A program made the translations under genes and the position numbers. 64,000 nucleotides of DNA from Octopus vulgaris (lineage: Eukaryota), in NCBI GenBank assembly GCA_951406725.2, contig OX597821.1, positions 22,754,001 through 22,818,000 on the forward strand, written 5' to 3'. This document shows, in pieces, positions 39,019 through 52,788 of this stretch (position 1 is the first letter of the stretch; the number at the start of each line of letters is the position of its first letter). The notes beneath the pieces were generated by a model. It worked only from the letters and a program-made list of their open reading frames with translations. It did no database searches and was not told where the DNA came from.

Positions 39019-39331
39019 ATATTTCGGAATGGTCATATTGCCAGTTTAGCCAATAAAAACACACGCACTATATATTTGGTGTTATTTTGCTTCAGTGATA
39101 TTTATTTTTTACATTAATCTTAATCTTATTTCGGCCAAAGTTCTTTCGTCACACTCCTGTGACCGCATCAGTGGTCCTTTGTTTTCTTCTCACTTACTTG
39201 TGTCTCTCCTTACTAACCGTCAGCGTGTGTTTTTATTGGCTAAACTGGCAATATGACCATTCCGAAATATAACAATATCTGTTTCAACACACGACTTCAC
39301 ATAAAAAATCTTGCACAACAAATATTTAAAC

Positions 39332-39375
<44 letters not shown>

Positions 39376-39377
39376 GC

Positions 39378-39425
<48 letters not shown>

Positions 39426-41866
39426 CTGGCTAATATATATATTAGGTTGCAAGCCTAGCCAGCAGAGTGACATCTTTCAAAAGCTAAAATGATGCAAAAA
39501 GCATCGTGACTAGCAATGTATAACAACATTCGCTAATCTGGTTGATACCATGATGTGTGTGTGTAGTTAAAATTTACAGAAAACAAAAGGTTAAGACAAG
39601 TGAAGGAACAACAAGCAGGTGTATTAGTTTAACGCTCGGGAAGAATGGAAAAGTCTTTGACGTTTCGAGCCTATGCTCTTCGGCAAAAAGGAATTGAGAG
39701 GAAAAGAAAAAAAAAGAGAGAATGAAAAAATACAGAGAAAGATTAATGGTAGGGATTAATGGTTCAACATGATAAAATGTCTGCAAGAAAGAGGCTGAGT
39801 GAAGGGAAGATAATAACGATCACCCGACTGAACCAGAGTGCACAAGTGCGTATGTGTATGAGAGAATGGTGTGTGTGCATATGTATGTGTGAATGGGGAT
39901 GAGTGCATGTGAATGTATGTGTGGGTAAGCTAAAAATTATGTGGGCCTTTGGGTATGTGTGTGGGAGTGTCTATGTGTGTAAGTAACCTAGTGTGTGCAT
40001 TTTCATGTATTTGTGTGTGTGTGGTGTGTGTGTGTGTGCATATGAATGTGTGTATATGTGTTTGAGGTTATTGTCTGTCTCAAAAAAATATACTGGAAAA
40101 ATTTGGTATATTTAAAAATTTTTCCAGTCTTTTGTTTTGATATGTAAATTACTCCGCAAATAGAATTCACCAGAAATCCTAAATGTTATGGATGCCTCAT
40201 TTAAGTGCTACACACGGACACAGATTGAATTAAAACCCCTTCTATATACTATCTGCTTGAATATGACTTATTGGACTATATATATATATAATAATGAAGG
40301 TGACAAAAAAGCACGTCTATGCACTGGCAGGGTAGATAACCGCCTCATTGAGTGAACTCACCATACTAGTCTAGTTTTGCTTAAAATTAGAGCTCATCAG
40401 AAGTGACTATTCTGCGTGTGTGTGTGTGTGTGTGTGCATGTGCACGTGTGTGCGTTTGTGTTTGTGTGTGCTTATTGTGTGTGAATCAGGGTGTAAGTAC
40501 ATACATATAGGAATGGATGTGCTCAGTGCGTGAAAAAGTTACCATTTAGGTTGCAGCTCTTAGTAGCAATCCCATTAAACTCCAGCCATTGCATCATTTC
40601 AAAGGATTCTATGAGGCCTGGAAAGGATTATAACGTTATATAAACAGCACATCAATAATAGTTTCTACTACAGACACAAGGCCTGAAATTTGTTGGGGGG
40701 TGGGGACAGTCGAGTACATCGACCCCAGTACTCAACTGCATAGGTGATTTAGTGTTCTCTAGCAATGTGTGTTATTAATCATTTTGATCATTAGTCATCT
40801 TCATCTGTCACAGCATCTTAGGATTAGTCTTCACCACTCCATTCCATGTCTTCCGAATTCTCCCTGTTGTATCCAGCTGAAAAATGAGGGCCTTTTTAAA
40901 ATATTTTCAAATTTTGGAACAAGACCAGTAGTTTTGGGGGCAGGGGTAAGTTGACTGCATCAACCTCAGTACTCATCGGGGACTTATTTTATCAACCCCC
41001 ACCCGAAAGGATGAAAGGCAGCAGTTTGCAGGAAGGGTGTAAGTCAGTTGGTACTTATTTTATCAACCCCCAAAAACATAAAAGGCAAAATCAACCTCAG
41101 CAGAATTTGAACTCTGAATGTAAAGACAAACAAAATGCCGCTATGCATTTTGCCCGGCACGCTAACAATTCTACAAACTCATCGCCTTTCGCACATCAAT
41201 GAGAGAAAAAACGTGGGCTTGAACTTGGAAGTCCTTTATAACCCTCTTAGCGCCAGTGTTGTTGGACAATGGACAATGAACCTTCTCCATACATCCTGAT
41301 TGTTCACTTTCTTCTTTAGATCCACGAGAGACCGAGTCCTCTTTTACTCCAGTTATGCGTTTCTGTATTCAGTAATAAATGAGGTCACACTATAAATGCT
41401 ATTCCTTTGTCTATTCAAGGAAGTATCTGGGCTTGATTAAGCATGGAACACTTATAAATTGCATCTATGGATTGCATTTACAATATAACATCATTCATTA
41501 CCAACTCTTGAAACAAGTAACCGATGTAATAAGGAAAAGCCAAATTGAAGCTCAAGTTCTTTTCTCTCATTGTATGTAATTATCACGTGATCACGTGACC
41601 GACCAGTCCATCAGATGTAGTTACACATCGCTGGTCACAATGCGTTCGCATTGCTTTAGCCTTCGAATGACGCCACCCCGCTGGCTGAGTGAGCAGGCCA
41701 ACAGAAGAAAGAGTGGGAGAAAGTTGCGGCGAAAGAGTACAGTAGGGATCACCACCCCCAGCTGGAGCCTCATGGAGCTTTTAGGTGTTTTCGCTCAATA
41801 AACACTCACAACGCCCGGTCTGGGAATCGAAACTGCGATCCTACGACCGCGAGTCCGCTGCGCATC

Positions 41867-41922
<56 letters not shown>

Positions 41923-41931
41923 AACATATGA

Positions 41932-41962
<31 letters not shown>

Positions 41963-42237
41963 CATACATATGAATATATATGAATATATACAAGAAGCTA
42001 GCTGGTGGTTATAGCAACACACATCTGCACATGTCCACTCCACACACGATTACACACACATAACATTCGTCAATTTCTTAAAAATGGGGTCATAACCCCG
42101 AAATATTGAATACAAGGTAACTCAACATTAATTCACATATTTGTTTTCTTGTGATTTGCCTTGCATTTACTTTGCATTGTTTTGACCTTACCCATGATCT
42201 TTTATAGAATACATATATGTATATATATATGTGTGTG

Positions 42238-42282
<45 letters not shown>

Positions 42283-42659
42283 TTTTATTTGTTTCAGACT
42301 GAGGCCATGCTGGAGCACTGCCTTTAGTCGAACAAACTGACCCCAAGACTTATTCTTTGTAAGCCTAGTACTTATTCTATTGGTGTATTTTGCCGACACC
42401 GCTAAGTTACAGGGACATAAACACACCAGCATCTGTTGTCAAGCAATGATGAGGGACAAACATATACATTTACATACATACATGATGGGCTTCTTTCAGT
42501 TTCTACCAAGTGTATTCACAAGGCTTTGGTCAGCCCAAGGCTATATTGGAAGACACTTGCCCAAGGTGCCACACAGTGGGACTGAACCTGGAACCATGTG
42601 GTTGGTAAGCAAGCAACTTACCACACAGTCACTCCTGAAGGAAGGGAGGAGAGGAGGGG

Positions 42660-42870
42660 AAAGAGGAGGGGAGGATGAAGGGATGAGGGGAAGATGAGAG
42701 AAAGGGAGGAGAAGGATGATGATGATGAGGAGGAGGAGGTGATGGAGGAGCAATATTATTGAATACAGTTAAGGATTTTAAATATGATGATGATGATGAT
42801 GATTATACTAGTTTGTTGACCCCTGGTACTTGACTGGTACTTTATTTTGACCCTGAAAGGATAAAAAGAC

Positions 42871-42901
<31 letters not shown>

Positions 42902-44110
42902 GTTGGTTGTGGCAGTTGTAATAACAATTGCAATGAGTGATGATGATGGTGGAAAAAAAAAGGGGAGTAAAAACGGGTGAGGGGCGAAGGGAGAGAGGAA
43001 GGAGGAGGGGAGAATAAGGGAAGGATGAGAGAAGGAGAGGAGAAGGATTATGATGATGAGGAGGAGGTGATAAAGAACCAACATGACCATGAATAGATAT
43101 GATAGCAATGATGATGATGATGATGACGATGATGATAATAATGATGATGATGATGATGACGATGATGACGATGATAATGGTGATGATGATGATGTTGAGG
43201 AGGAGGAGGACGATAATAATGGTGACGATGATGATGATGATGATGACAGTGGTGATGATGATGGTGGTGGTGGTGATGATGACGACAGCAATAATAAAGA
43301 TGTTGACAAACATTCTTGTGTTGAAGAGAAAGGGAAAGAGATTCCTTGCTATCCGAAGAATGTCATCTCCCCCACTCCTTCATCAGCACACACACACACA
43401 CACACCTACACCTCCACACACTTACTCATATACACTCACTCTTCCCACTGTCCCTCTTTCCCCCCTCTCCTTGCTTCCCTCCTAGCACTCAGCTATGTCA
43501 GCCACATAAACCAGATCACAGTCTGCGGGAAGATGATTCTACAGCCTAGTGTGGCACTGCATATTTAGGTTTGAAGATCAATGGCACTGCACTGGTGGCG
43601 GTGGTGGTGGAAGTGGTGATGGTAGTGGTGGAAGTGATGGTGGCAGCGATGGTGGTAGTGCCAATAGTAAAAAGTAAAGGTAATGAGGATTGTTGTGATG
43701 GTGATGGCTTGTAATGGTGGTAGTGGTGGTGGTGGTGGTGGTGGTGGTAGTGGTGGAAGTGATGGTGGCAGCGATGGTGGTAGTGCCAATAGTAAAAAGT
43801 AAAGGTAATGTTGTTGTAATGGTGGTGGTGGTGGTGGTGGGAGTGGTTGTGGTGGTTTGTGGTGGTGGTGATTTAGAGTGGTGGTAGTGTGTTTTGGTTG
43901 TAGTGGTGGTGGTTTGTGATGGTGGCAGTCGGAGATGGTGTGGCGGTGGCGGTGGTTGATGGCTGTCAAGATGGTGGTGGAAATGATGGGGGTAGTGGTG
44001 GGGATGGTGGCAGTGGTGGTGGTTGTTTGTAGTGGTAGTGGTGGTGGTTTGTGGTGATGGTGATGGTGGTGGTAATAGCGGAGGTGGTGATGGTGGTTGT
44101 GATTGGTAAA
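42660..44110. repeat. Trinucleotide low-complexity block (gat/ggt/gga); similar blocks at 24170-24620, 37060-37220 and 48670-49120
   Basis: Directly visible tracts. Confidence 0.9.
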
Positions 44111-45362
44111 TTAAATATTACTGACAAAACAAACACAACAGACATGTCATCCAACAATACATTATTACTCTTTACTCTTTTACTTGTTTCAGTCATTCGA
44201 CTGCGGCCATGCTGGAGCACCGCCTTTAGTCGAGCAAATCGACCCCGGGACTTATTCTTTGTAAGCCCAGTACTTATTCTATCGGTCTCTTTTGCCGAAC
44301 CGCTAAGTGACGGGGACATAAACACACCAGCATCGGTTGTCAAGCAATGCTAGGGTGACAAACACAGACACACAAACACATATATATATATACATATATA
44401 CGACAGGCTTCTTTCAGTTTCCGTCTATCAAATCCACTCACAAGGCATTGGTCGGCCCGAGGCTATAGCAGAAGACACTTGCCCAAGATGCCATGCAGTG
44501 GGACTGAACCCGGACCCATGTGGTTGGTTAGCAAGCTCCTTACCACACAGCCACTCCTGCGAATTTTTTCTACTTTACTGTAAGCTATGTTTTTCTATCA
44601 CTATTTACACTTTTAGATGAATATAAATTAGCAATGGAGACAATTGTGATAAAAAGTAAGGTAACAGTTAGGCACAGGCATTGCTCTGTAGTTCTAGGTT
44701 CAATCCTACTGTGTAGCACCTTGGGCAAGGGTCTTCTACTATAGCCATAGGCCAACCAAAGCCTTGTGAGTGGATTTGGTAGATGGAAACTGAAAGAAGT
44801 CCATCATATATACAGACACATACACACACACACATATACAGACACATACACACACACACATATACAGACACATACACACACACATATATACATACATACA
44901 TACACACAAACCCATGCTAGCATGGAAAGCAGACGTTAAACGATGATATATATATATATATATATATATAGGAGTGGCTGTGTGGTAAGTTGCTATAGGT
45001 GCAGGAGTGGCTATGGTTCCGGTTCAGCCCCTCAGTGTGGCACCTGGGTAAGTGTCTTCTACTATAGCCTCGGGCTGACCAAAGCCTTGTGAGTGCATTT
45101 AATAGATGGAAATTGAAAGAAGCCTGTTGTACATATATATATATGTATGTGTGCCTGTGTTTGTCCCCCCACCAACATCGCTTGACAACTGATGCTGGTG
45201 CGTTTATGTCCCTGTAACCTAGCGGTTCAGCAAAAGAGACTGATAGAATAACTACTAGGCTGACAAAGAATAAGTCCTGGGGTCACTTTGCTCGACTAAA
45301 GGTGGTACACCAGCATGGCCACAGTCAAATGGCAGAAATAAGTAAAAGAACAAAAGAATATA

Positions 45363-45401
<39 letters not shown>

Positions 45402-46079
45402 CTTTGTGTCTGTGTTTGTCCCTCACCATTGATTATTTATGACCCTGAAGCGTACCAATTCAATGAAAGAAACCAACAGAATACTAAGCTTAAAAAAAAG
45501 TCCTAGGGTTGATTTGTTCGACTTTAAAAAAATCCTTCAAGGTGGTGCCCCAGCATGGCCACAATCAAATGACTGAAACAAGCAAAGGACAAAAACAGAA
45601 CTCTATGAAGGACCGAGTTGTATAAGTCTAAGAAACCATTATTTATACTGGCATCAACAGGCTTCTCCCACCAGCAGAAGTTTCTACTGAGGCAAACTAC
45701 AGCCTCATACATAGCCTTACTAAAACTAAATGGAGATTAAATGGCATGGCTATATGGTAAGAAGCTTGCTTTCCAACCACATGATTCCAGGTTCAGACCT
45801 ACTGCGTAGCATTTTGGGCAAGCATCTTCTACTATAGCATTGGACCAACCAAACCTTTGTGGGTGGATTTGGTAGGTGGAAACTGAGAGAAGCATGATGT
45901 GTGTGTGTGTATATATGTGTATGTAGATATATAATCTAATTCATCCCGTAATCTGTACCAGTAATATTCTCATGCAAATTTGTCTGATCTCTAGTGGTTA
46001 AGCTGTTTATTATTATTATTATTATTATTATTAGTATTAGTATTATCCCTTTGACCCTTGTTTATTAGTATTATTATTT

Positions 46080-46600
46080 CGCCTCGTATTGCATATTCTG
46101 TATAATTTATTAGTTATTGTTGACCATCGGTTTTCCGGCCTCGTGTCTCGCTAAATACAGAATAGATATTTGAGTTTCTCCATACAGGATTTTTTCAATG
46201 GCGGCCGATTTTCGCGGGGTTCCACCATTCCCTTCTCTCTCTCTCTCTCCCTCTTTTACGTTGTATGCCCTCCCCCCTCTTCCTTTCCTCCCTTCCATTG
46301 CTAAGAGCATTTTTAAGCCAGCCCGTCAAGTTCAACCTTTGCATATTCCCGGTGCACCCGCCCTTGCCCACCCCCACCACCAATACCGGATATCTCTATA
46401 TTTTTGCTCCATCTATACCGGATGTCGCTTCTCCCACCACCATTATAGGTGTCTACTCTTCGAACCCCCCTCTTCAATACGCTATTTCACCATGCATTAC
46501 CCCTCTCGTGATACCCTACGTTCTACTTGTCTAGAACCTGTCATCGTTTTCTCCGAACACCCCTCCCCACTGGTGCTCCCCTATATTTCTGCACCCTCCC
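46080..46600. promoter_or_regulatory. Candidate promoter/TSS region
   Basis: Non-repetitive, locally CpG-rich; contains a YY1-like aATGGCGGC near 46197 and an ATGCAAAT octamer near 45972; lies upstream of the minus-strand MAP3K1 exons. Confidence 0.35.
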
Positions 46601-47211
46601 CCACATAAAAAGCACCAACTGACCGTGGCCGATGCCAGACCCCTCTGGCACCTGTGCAGGTGGCACATAAAAAGCACCCACTACACTCGCGGAGTGGTTG
46701 GCGTTAGGAAGGGCATCCAGCTGTTGAAACACTGCCAGACCAGACTGGAGCCTGGGGCAGCCCCTGGCTCCCCAGACTCCGGTCGAAACTGTCCAACCCG
46801 TGCTAGCGCGGAAAACGGACGTTAAACAATGATGATGATGATGATGATAATGATATATATTTCAGCAAAACAATTAAGATTCAAATGAATTCAAATGAAT
46901 TCAAATGAATATGGTACTTAGATGCACCAGAATACTTTAATAATCTTTTTAAAATTAAAAAAAAAAAACTGTGCATTGTTGGAAGACATATAAAGTCTGC
47001 TTATTACCTTACTTCAAAGTCATAGAACTCACTCTGAATGCTTCATAAGGATATTTACACTTTCTAGGATGGTTGGAAAACATATATGTGATTTGGCTGA
47101 TGAATACTTGACATTATATTTGCTGTAATATTTGCAGCTTCAAATAAACATGTTCTCAGTATGAAACAATTGTACCGAATTACTGATCCATTGTTCTTAC
47201 TTTTTTCTTGG

Positions 47212-47245
<34 letters not shown>

Positions 47246-47663
47246 GTCATACCATAAATAATATGGTTTTTTGCAATTGCATGAAGTAAAAGGCAGAGGG
47301 CAATGGAATAAATTACCTGCATCAACTTACTATAAAAGCAGGTAGTCTCGGGCCGACCAATGCCTTGTGAGTGGATTTAGTAGATGGAAACTGAAAGAAG
47401 CCTGTCGTATATATGTATATATATGTATATGTATGTGTGTGTACATGTTTGTGTGTCTGTGTTTGTCCCCCCACCATCGCTTGACAACCGATGCTGGTGT
47501 GTTTATGTCCCCGTCACTTAGCAGTTCGGCAAAAAGAGACCGATAGAATAAGTACTGGGCTTACAAAGAATAAGTCCCGGGGTCGATTTGCTCGACTAAA
47601 TGTGGTGCTCCAGCATGGCCGCAGTCAAATGACTGAAACAATTAAAAAAAAAAGAGTAAAAGA

Positions 47664-47715
<52 letters not shown>

Positions 47716-48884
47716 GTGTGTGTATGTGTGTTTGTATAAATGTATGTATGTATGTATGTATGCATTAAAATTCTTTAAAACAAAAACAAAGATGCAAGAA
47801 ATTTGTAAAATATCAAAGCCAGAAAAGAAGAAGGAACACGTGCAAGCACACAGACACACGCAAACTTTGGATTTTCGTATATATGCATTCACACACACAC
47901 ACACAAACTTTTGACTTTTACACACATGCATTCATACACACACACACACACAAATGGGGATAGGGCTAATAAGTGAGTTTGATGTATATATATTCTCTCT
48001 CTCTTTTACTTGTTTCAGTCATTTGACTGCGGCCATACTGGAGCACCGCCTTTTTAGTCGAGCAAACTCGACCTCGGGACTTATTCTTTTTGCAAGCCCA
48101 GTACTTATTCTATCGGTCTCTTTTGCCGAACCGCTAAGTGTAACGGGGACGTAAACACACCAGCATCGGTTGTCAAGCAAAGCTAGGGGGACAAACACAG
48201 ACACACAAACATACACGCACACACATATATATATATATATACATATATATGACAGGCTTCTTTCAGTTTCCGTCTACCAAATCCACTCACAAGGCATTGT
48301 CGGCTCGGGGCTATAGCAGAAGACACTTGCCCAAGGTGCCACGCAGTGGGGCTGAACTCGGAACCACGTGGTTGGTTAGCAAGCTACTTACCACACAGCC
48401 ACTCCTGCGCCTATATATATTTTTTTTCTCTCTTTTTTTTGGGGGGGGGAGGGGAATTCTATGAATTTCAAGAGAAATGAAACAGCTAGATGAGGTGGTA
48501 AAGAGAGAACTGTGCCTTACACAAACAACTTCCTCACTCCTTCACTCTCTTCATTCATTGTTGGCCTTCAGCAAAGGAAACTTGTCTACAGCTGATGTCT
48601 TTACACCACATTCAACTAGGAAACAGTGTGTTCGTGGGGAGAGAGGGGGGAGGTTTGTATTTATCTTTGAGACGATGATGATGTTGACGAGGAGGAGGAG
48701 GAAGACAGCGACGATAAAGATGATGGGGGTGATGAGAATAATGTTGAAGACGCAGATGATGATAATGATGATGACACTGACAGTGTCGTTGATGGTGATG
48801 ATGGTTATAATAATGGTGCCAATTCTGCAGGCAACGATGATGATTGTGTTGGTGGTGATGGTGTTGGTGGTGGTGGTGGTGATG

Positions 48885-48935
<51 letters not shown>

Positions 48936-50079
48936 GTCATGATGATGGTGATGATGATGATGATGATGATGATGATGGTCATGATGATGATGATGGTGAT
49001 GATGATGCCAGTTGGATTTTTCTTATTGGTTGTTCCGGATGATGTGTTTGTTTCTTGTTTTTGTTGTCTTGCCCTTAAGTGCTACCCACCACCACCACCA
49101 CCACCACCACCACCGCCGCCAGCATGGGAACGAAGTAATGTTGGGAGGGGAGTGAGAGAGAGAAAGAGAATGATAGAGAGAGAGAGAGGGGGAGAAAGAT
49201 AAAGATGCTCAGATAAATGTTTGTTTTCATAATCTGCATCCTATGTGTGTGTGTGTGTGTGTGAGTGTGTATAAGAATGCATACGTGTATATCCAGAAGT
49301 GTATGCTTTCGTGTAGCTATGCAAGTACACATACATGTATACATCTATGTCTGTACATAGACATAGACGTGTGCACAAGGATGTACGTCTGTTACAAGTT
49401 TGATGGTTTTTCAGAAATTTTAGGGTGGAGTTAACAACATAGGGGGGGCGGGGCGTTAGTGAAACACATGTGTCGAGGTAGATGGCAATGATAATGATGG
49501 TGGTGGTGTTGGCAGTGGCAGTGGTGGTAACGCCAGTGGTGGTATTGGTGGTGATGGTGATGGTTGCTGTGGAGGTAGTAGTATATAGTGGTTGTAGAGA
49601 TGGCTATGATGGTGATGGCTGTGGTGTAGTGTGTAGTGGTAAGCAGCCATGGCCATTCCATCTAATTTATTTTCTTTTCCTAGATATAATAGATAGGCGC
49701 AGGAGTGGCTGTATGGTAAGAAGCTTGTTTACCAGCCACATGGTTCCAGGTTCAGTTCCACTGTGTGGCACCTTGGGCAAGTGTCTTCTACTGTAGTCTT
49801 GGGCCGACCAAAGCCTTGTGAGTGGATTTGGTAGATGGAAACTGAAAGAATCCCGTCGTATGTGTGTGTGTGTGTGTTTGTGTGTGTGTCTGTGTTTGTC
49901 CCCTACCCCATCGCTTGACAACCGATGTTGCTGTGTTTACGTCCCCATAACTTAGCGGTTCGGCAAAAGAGACCGATAAGATAAGTACTAGGCTTACAAA
50001 GAATAAGTCCTGGGGTCGATTTGTTTGACTAAAAGCAGTGTTCCAGCATGGCCACGGTCAGATGACTGAAACAAAGAGA

Positions 50080-50122
<43 letters not shown>

Positions 50123-50924
50123 ATGGCTGTAAGTGAAGGGTGCTGGCATGGATGTGCTAAAGAAGTTTGCTTCCAAACCAAAGTCCAGTCTCATAGCATG
50201 GCACCTTGAGCTAGAGTGTCTTCTACTATAGCCCCAAGTCAGCCAATCTGTAAGTGGATTTAGTAGATGGAAATTGAAAGAAGCCTATTGTGTGTGTATG
50301 TGTGTGTGTCCTTGCCTTTGATATTACTTGATAGTTGTAAACAAGTGTCACCAACAATTAAGCAGTGTCCTTCATTTCTAATATTCCATGCAAACATGTC
50401 TTGTTATAGGAAAATATTACCTTATTCTGAAACAGGTAAGAGTTGGCAACAGGAAGGGCATTTGGTCTTAGAAAAGAAAATCCACCACACTCAAGGAACT
50501 CCATCCAACTCATGCAAGTATGGAAAAGAGGACATTAAAAAAGGATGATGGTGATGATTATGATGGTTATGGTGGTATCAGTGGTGGTGTGTAGATTGAG
50601 AAAGATTTAGCTGCAATTTCTAGCATTTCCTCATTTTCGGGTCAATAAAATAAGTACCAGTTGAGCACTGGGGCTGATGTAATCCTTAGTCCGTTCTCCC
50701 AAAATTGCTTGCCTTGGGCCAAAATTTGAAATGAATATTATTGGTGCCAATTGCAGTTTTAGTGGTGGCAGTGCCTGTGTCATTGGTATTGTTTGTGTTG
50801 TCTACAAGCCAGCCTTCCACTTAGCACCTTTTCAAACTCCACCTGTCTAACACCTGTAGACATGTTTACAAAGTCAGAAAACAACACAGCTCCCATGACT
50901 TTCGGAAACATTTTTTTCACACTA

Positions 50925-52174
50925 CGAGGGACGTTCAATAAGTAATGCCCCTGATCCACTTGCAGTTGTTTGATCTAGCTGAAATTATTTATATCTCTAT
51001 AGATCAAGTGGCAAATTACAGCTCTGAACTAATTGTGGTTTCTGATTTACAGGTGTTTGAACTGAGTCAAGTGTGAAATTGAGCCTGTTGAGTGTCGAGC
51101 AGTGATCCGGTTTTTGTATTTGAAAGGACGCACACCACGGGAGACTTTTGATGAAATGAAAGTAACTTATGGTGATGATGCCCCATCATATGACCTTGTA
51201 AAACGCTGGCATCGTGAATTCAAACATAGTCGGAACTCTGTGGAAACAGCTCCCAGATCTGGTCGCCCCCTTCTGCCATTGATGAGGCATCTGTCCGTTA
51301 AGTTGAGGCTGCCATTTGGAAGATCGACGCATAACTATTCACCAAATAGCCCATGAGGTCAAGATTAGTACCAGATCTGTGGAATCTATCATTCATGACC
51401 ATTTGCATATGCAAAAGGTGTCTGCCAGATGGATTCCCAGGTTGCTCACACCTTTCCAGAAGCAAGAACGCATCGAGTGCTTGAGGATGAATTTGGAGAT
51501 GTGCCAAGAAGATGAGTCAAAATTTTTCAAAAGACTGATTACACAGGATGAAACCTGGGTCCATCACTATGATCCAGAGACCAAAGCCCAGTCAATGCAG
51601 TGGAAGCACCGTGACTCACCTCCTCCAAAGAAGGCAAGGGTGCAGCCCTCCGCTGGCAAGGTCATGCTCACAGTCTTCTGGGACCAGGACGGAGTAGTGA
51701 TGACAGATTTCCTGGCAAAGGGTACCACAATTACAGGAGCCTATTATGCTTCACTTTTGAGGAAATTAAGAGAAGCTATCAAAATCAAGATGTGGGGCAA
51801 GATCAGCAAAGACATCCTCCTCCTGCAGGACAACGCTCCGGTCCACAACTCGCGTGTCGCCAGATCAGAAGCACAGGCGTACGACTATGAACTCCTCCCC
51901 CATCCCCCCTACTCTCCTGACCTTGCACCCTCTGATTTTCACCTCTTCCCAGCCATGAAGTTGTTTTTGAAAGGATGATGATGTAGCCTTGATTTCTGAA
52001 GTCACGTCCTGGTTGGAGGACCAAGCTAGGGTCTTCTACAAAAACGGTCTCCAGAGCTGCATCAAACGATGGGAGATGGTTCCTATGTAGAAAAAGACTA
52101 ATAACTGTGCTAAGTTTCGTTGCTCTACTGCTATGGGAAGTGGGTCAGGGGCATTACTTATTGAACGCCCCTCG
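50925..52174 (+). mobile_element. Near full-length mariner transposon (DD34D, irritans-like TIRs)
   Basis: TA TSDs (50923-24, 52175-76); TIRs cgagggacgttcaataagtaatgcccctga / tcaggggcattacttattgaacgcccctcg. Confidence 0.93.
51102..52100 (+). pseudogene. Mariner transposase, frameshifted
   Basis: HTH region in ORF 51102; WIPRLL, DETW, QDNA and YSPDLAPSDF (D34D) in ORF 51316; frameshift near 51270-51316 and a break at 51978. Confidence 0.9.
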
Positions 52175-52788
52175 TAAGAGTTGCTGAAGTATGGAACAAA
52201 CTGCCGGCATCAGTTGTTAGTTATCGGAGCACTGCATCCTTCAAAACTTCCATGCTTCCTGAGATTCGCCAACACTACACCTGATTTTCTCCTCTCCATG
52301 CACACGCAAGCATGTATCTGACTCATACACTGTTCACTTTCCAGACATTTGTACATTACTGCATATGCTTTATATGCACTTTTGACAAGTTATGGTGCAC
52401 CTGAGCACTGTATACAATAATTTCATTATTATTTTTTTTATTTTGTTCTCTATGCCTTAACTATGGGACCAGCTTCATATATTTGACTCATAATGCGGCC
52501 AGAGCTGACCAGGAAGTAAAAGCGACAAGTGTGTAACTTTACATACCCCCAAAACTCCTGAACTCCTGAGCTGAAGTGTCACCATTGAATGCAATCTAAT
52601 TGCTTCATATACTCTTTGTATTAATGCAGATTATAGTAGCCAAAACTCTTACCATTCATCTAACATTCTCTATCCACTGATAAAAGTAATTTCATGAAGA
52701 CTATGCTTCACTGATAAAATCTTATAACACTGCAATATGTCCGTAACTGTACTCTCGTCCAATAACAAAAATCAGGGATCCTCATTAA

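Larger units (their letters stand above)
50820..52435 (+). mobile_element. CR1/L2-type LINE 3' remnant interrupted by the mariner
   Basis: RKHFF..|RVAEVWNKLPASVV reads across the mariner; ends in an (att)n tail. Confidence 0.65.

Noticed and set aside
42756-44353. Long poly-D/M/S/I/H ORFs
   Set aside because: Trinucleotide repeats open in several frames on both strands; no supported splice context
48477-49344. 241-aa Met-rich ORF and a possible donor at about 48520
   Set aside because: Low-complexity (gat)n; the minus-strand frames leading to the donor contain stops or have no recognisable product
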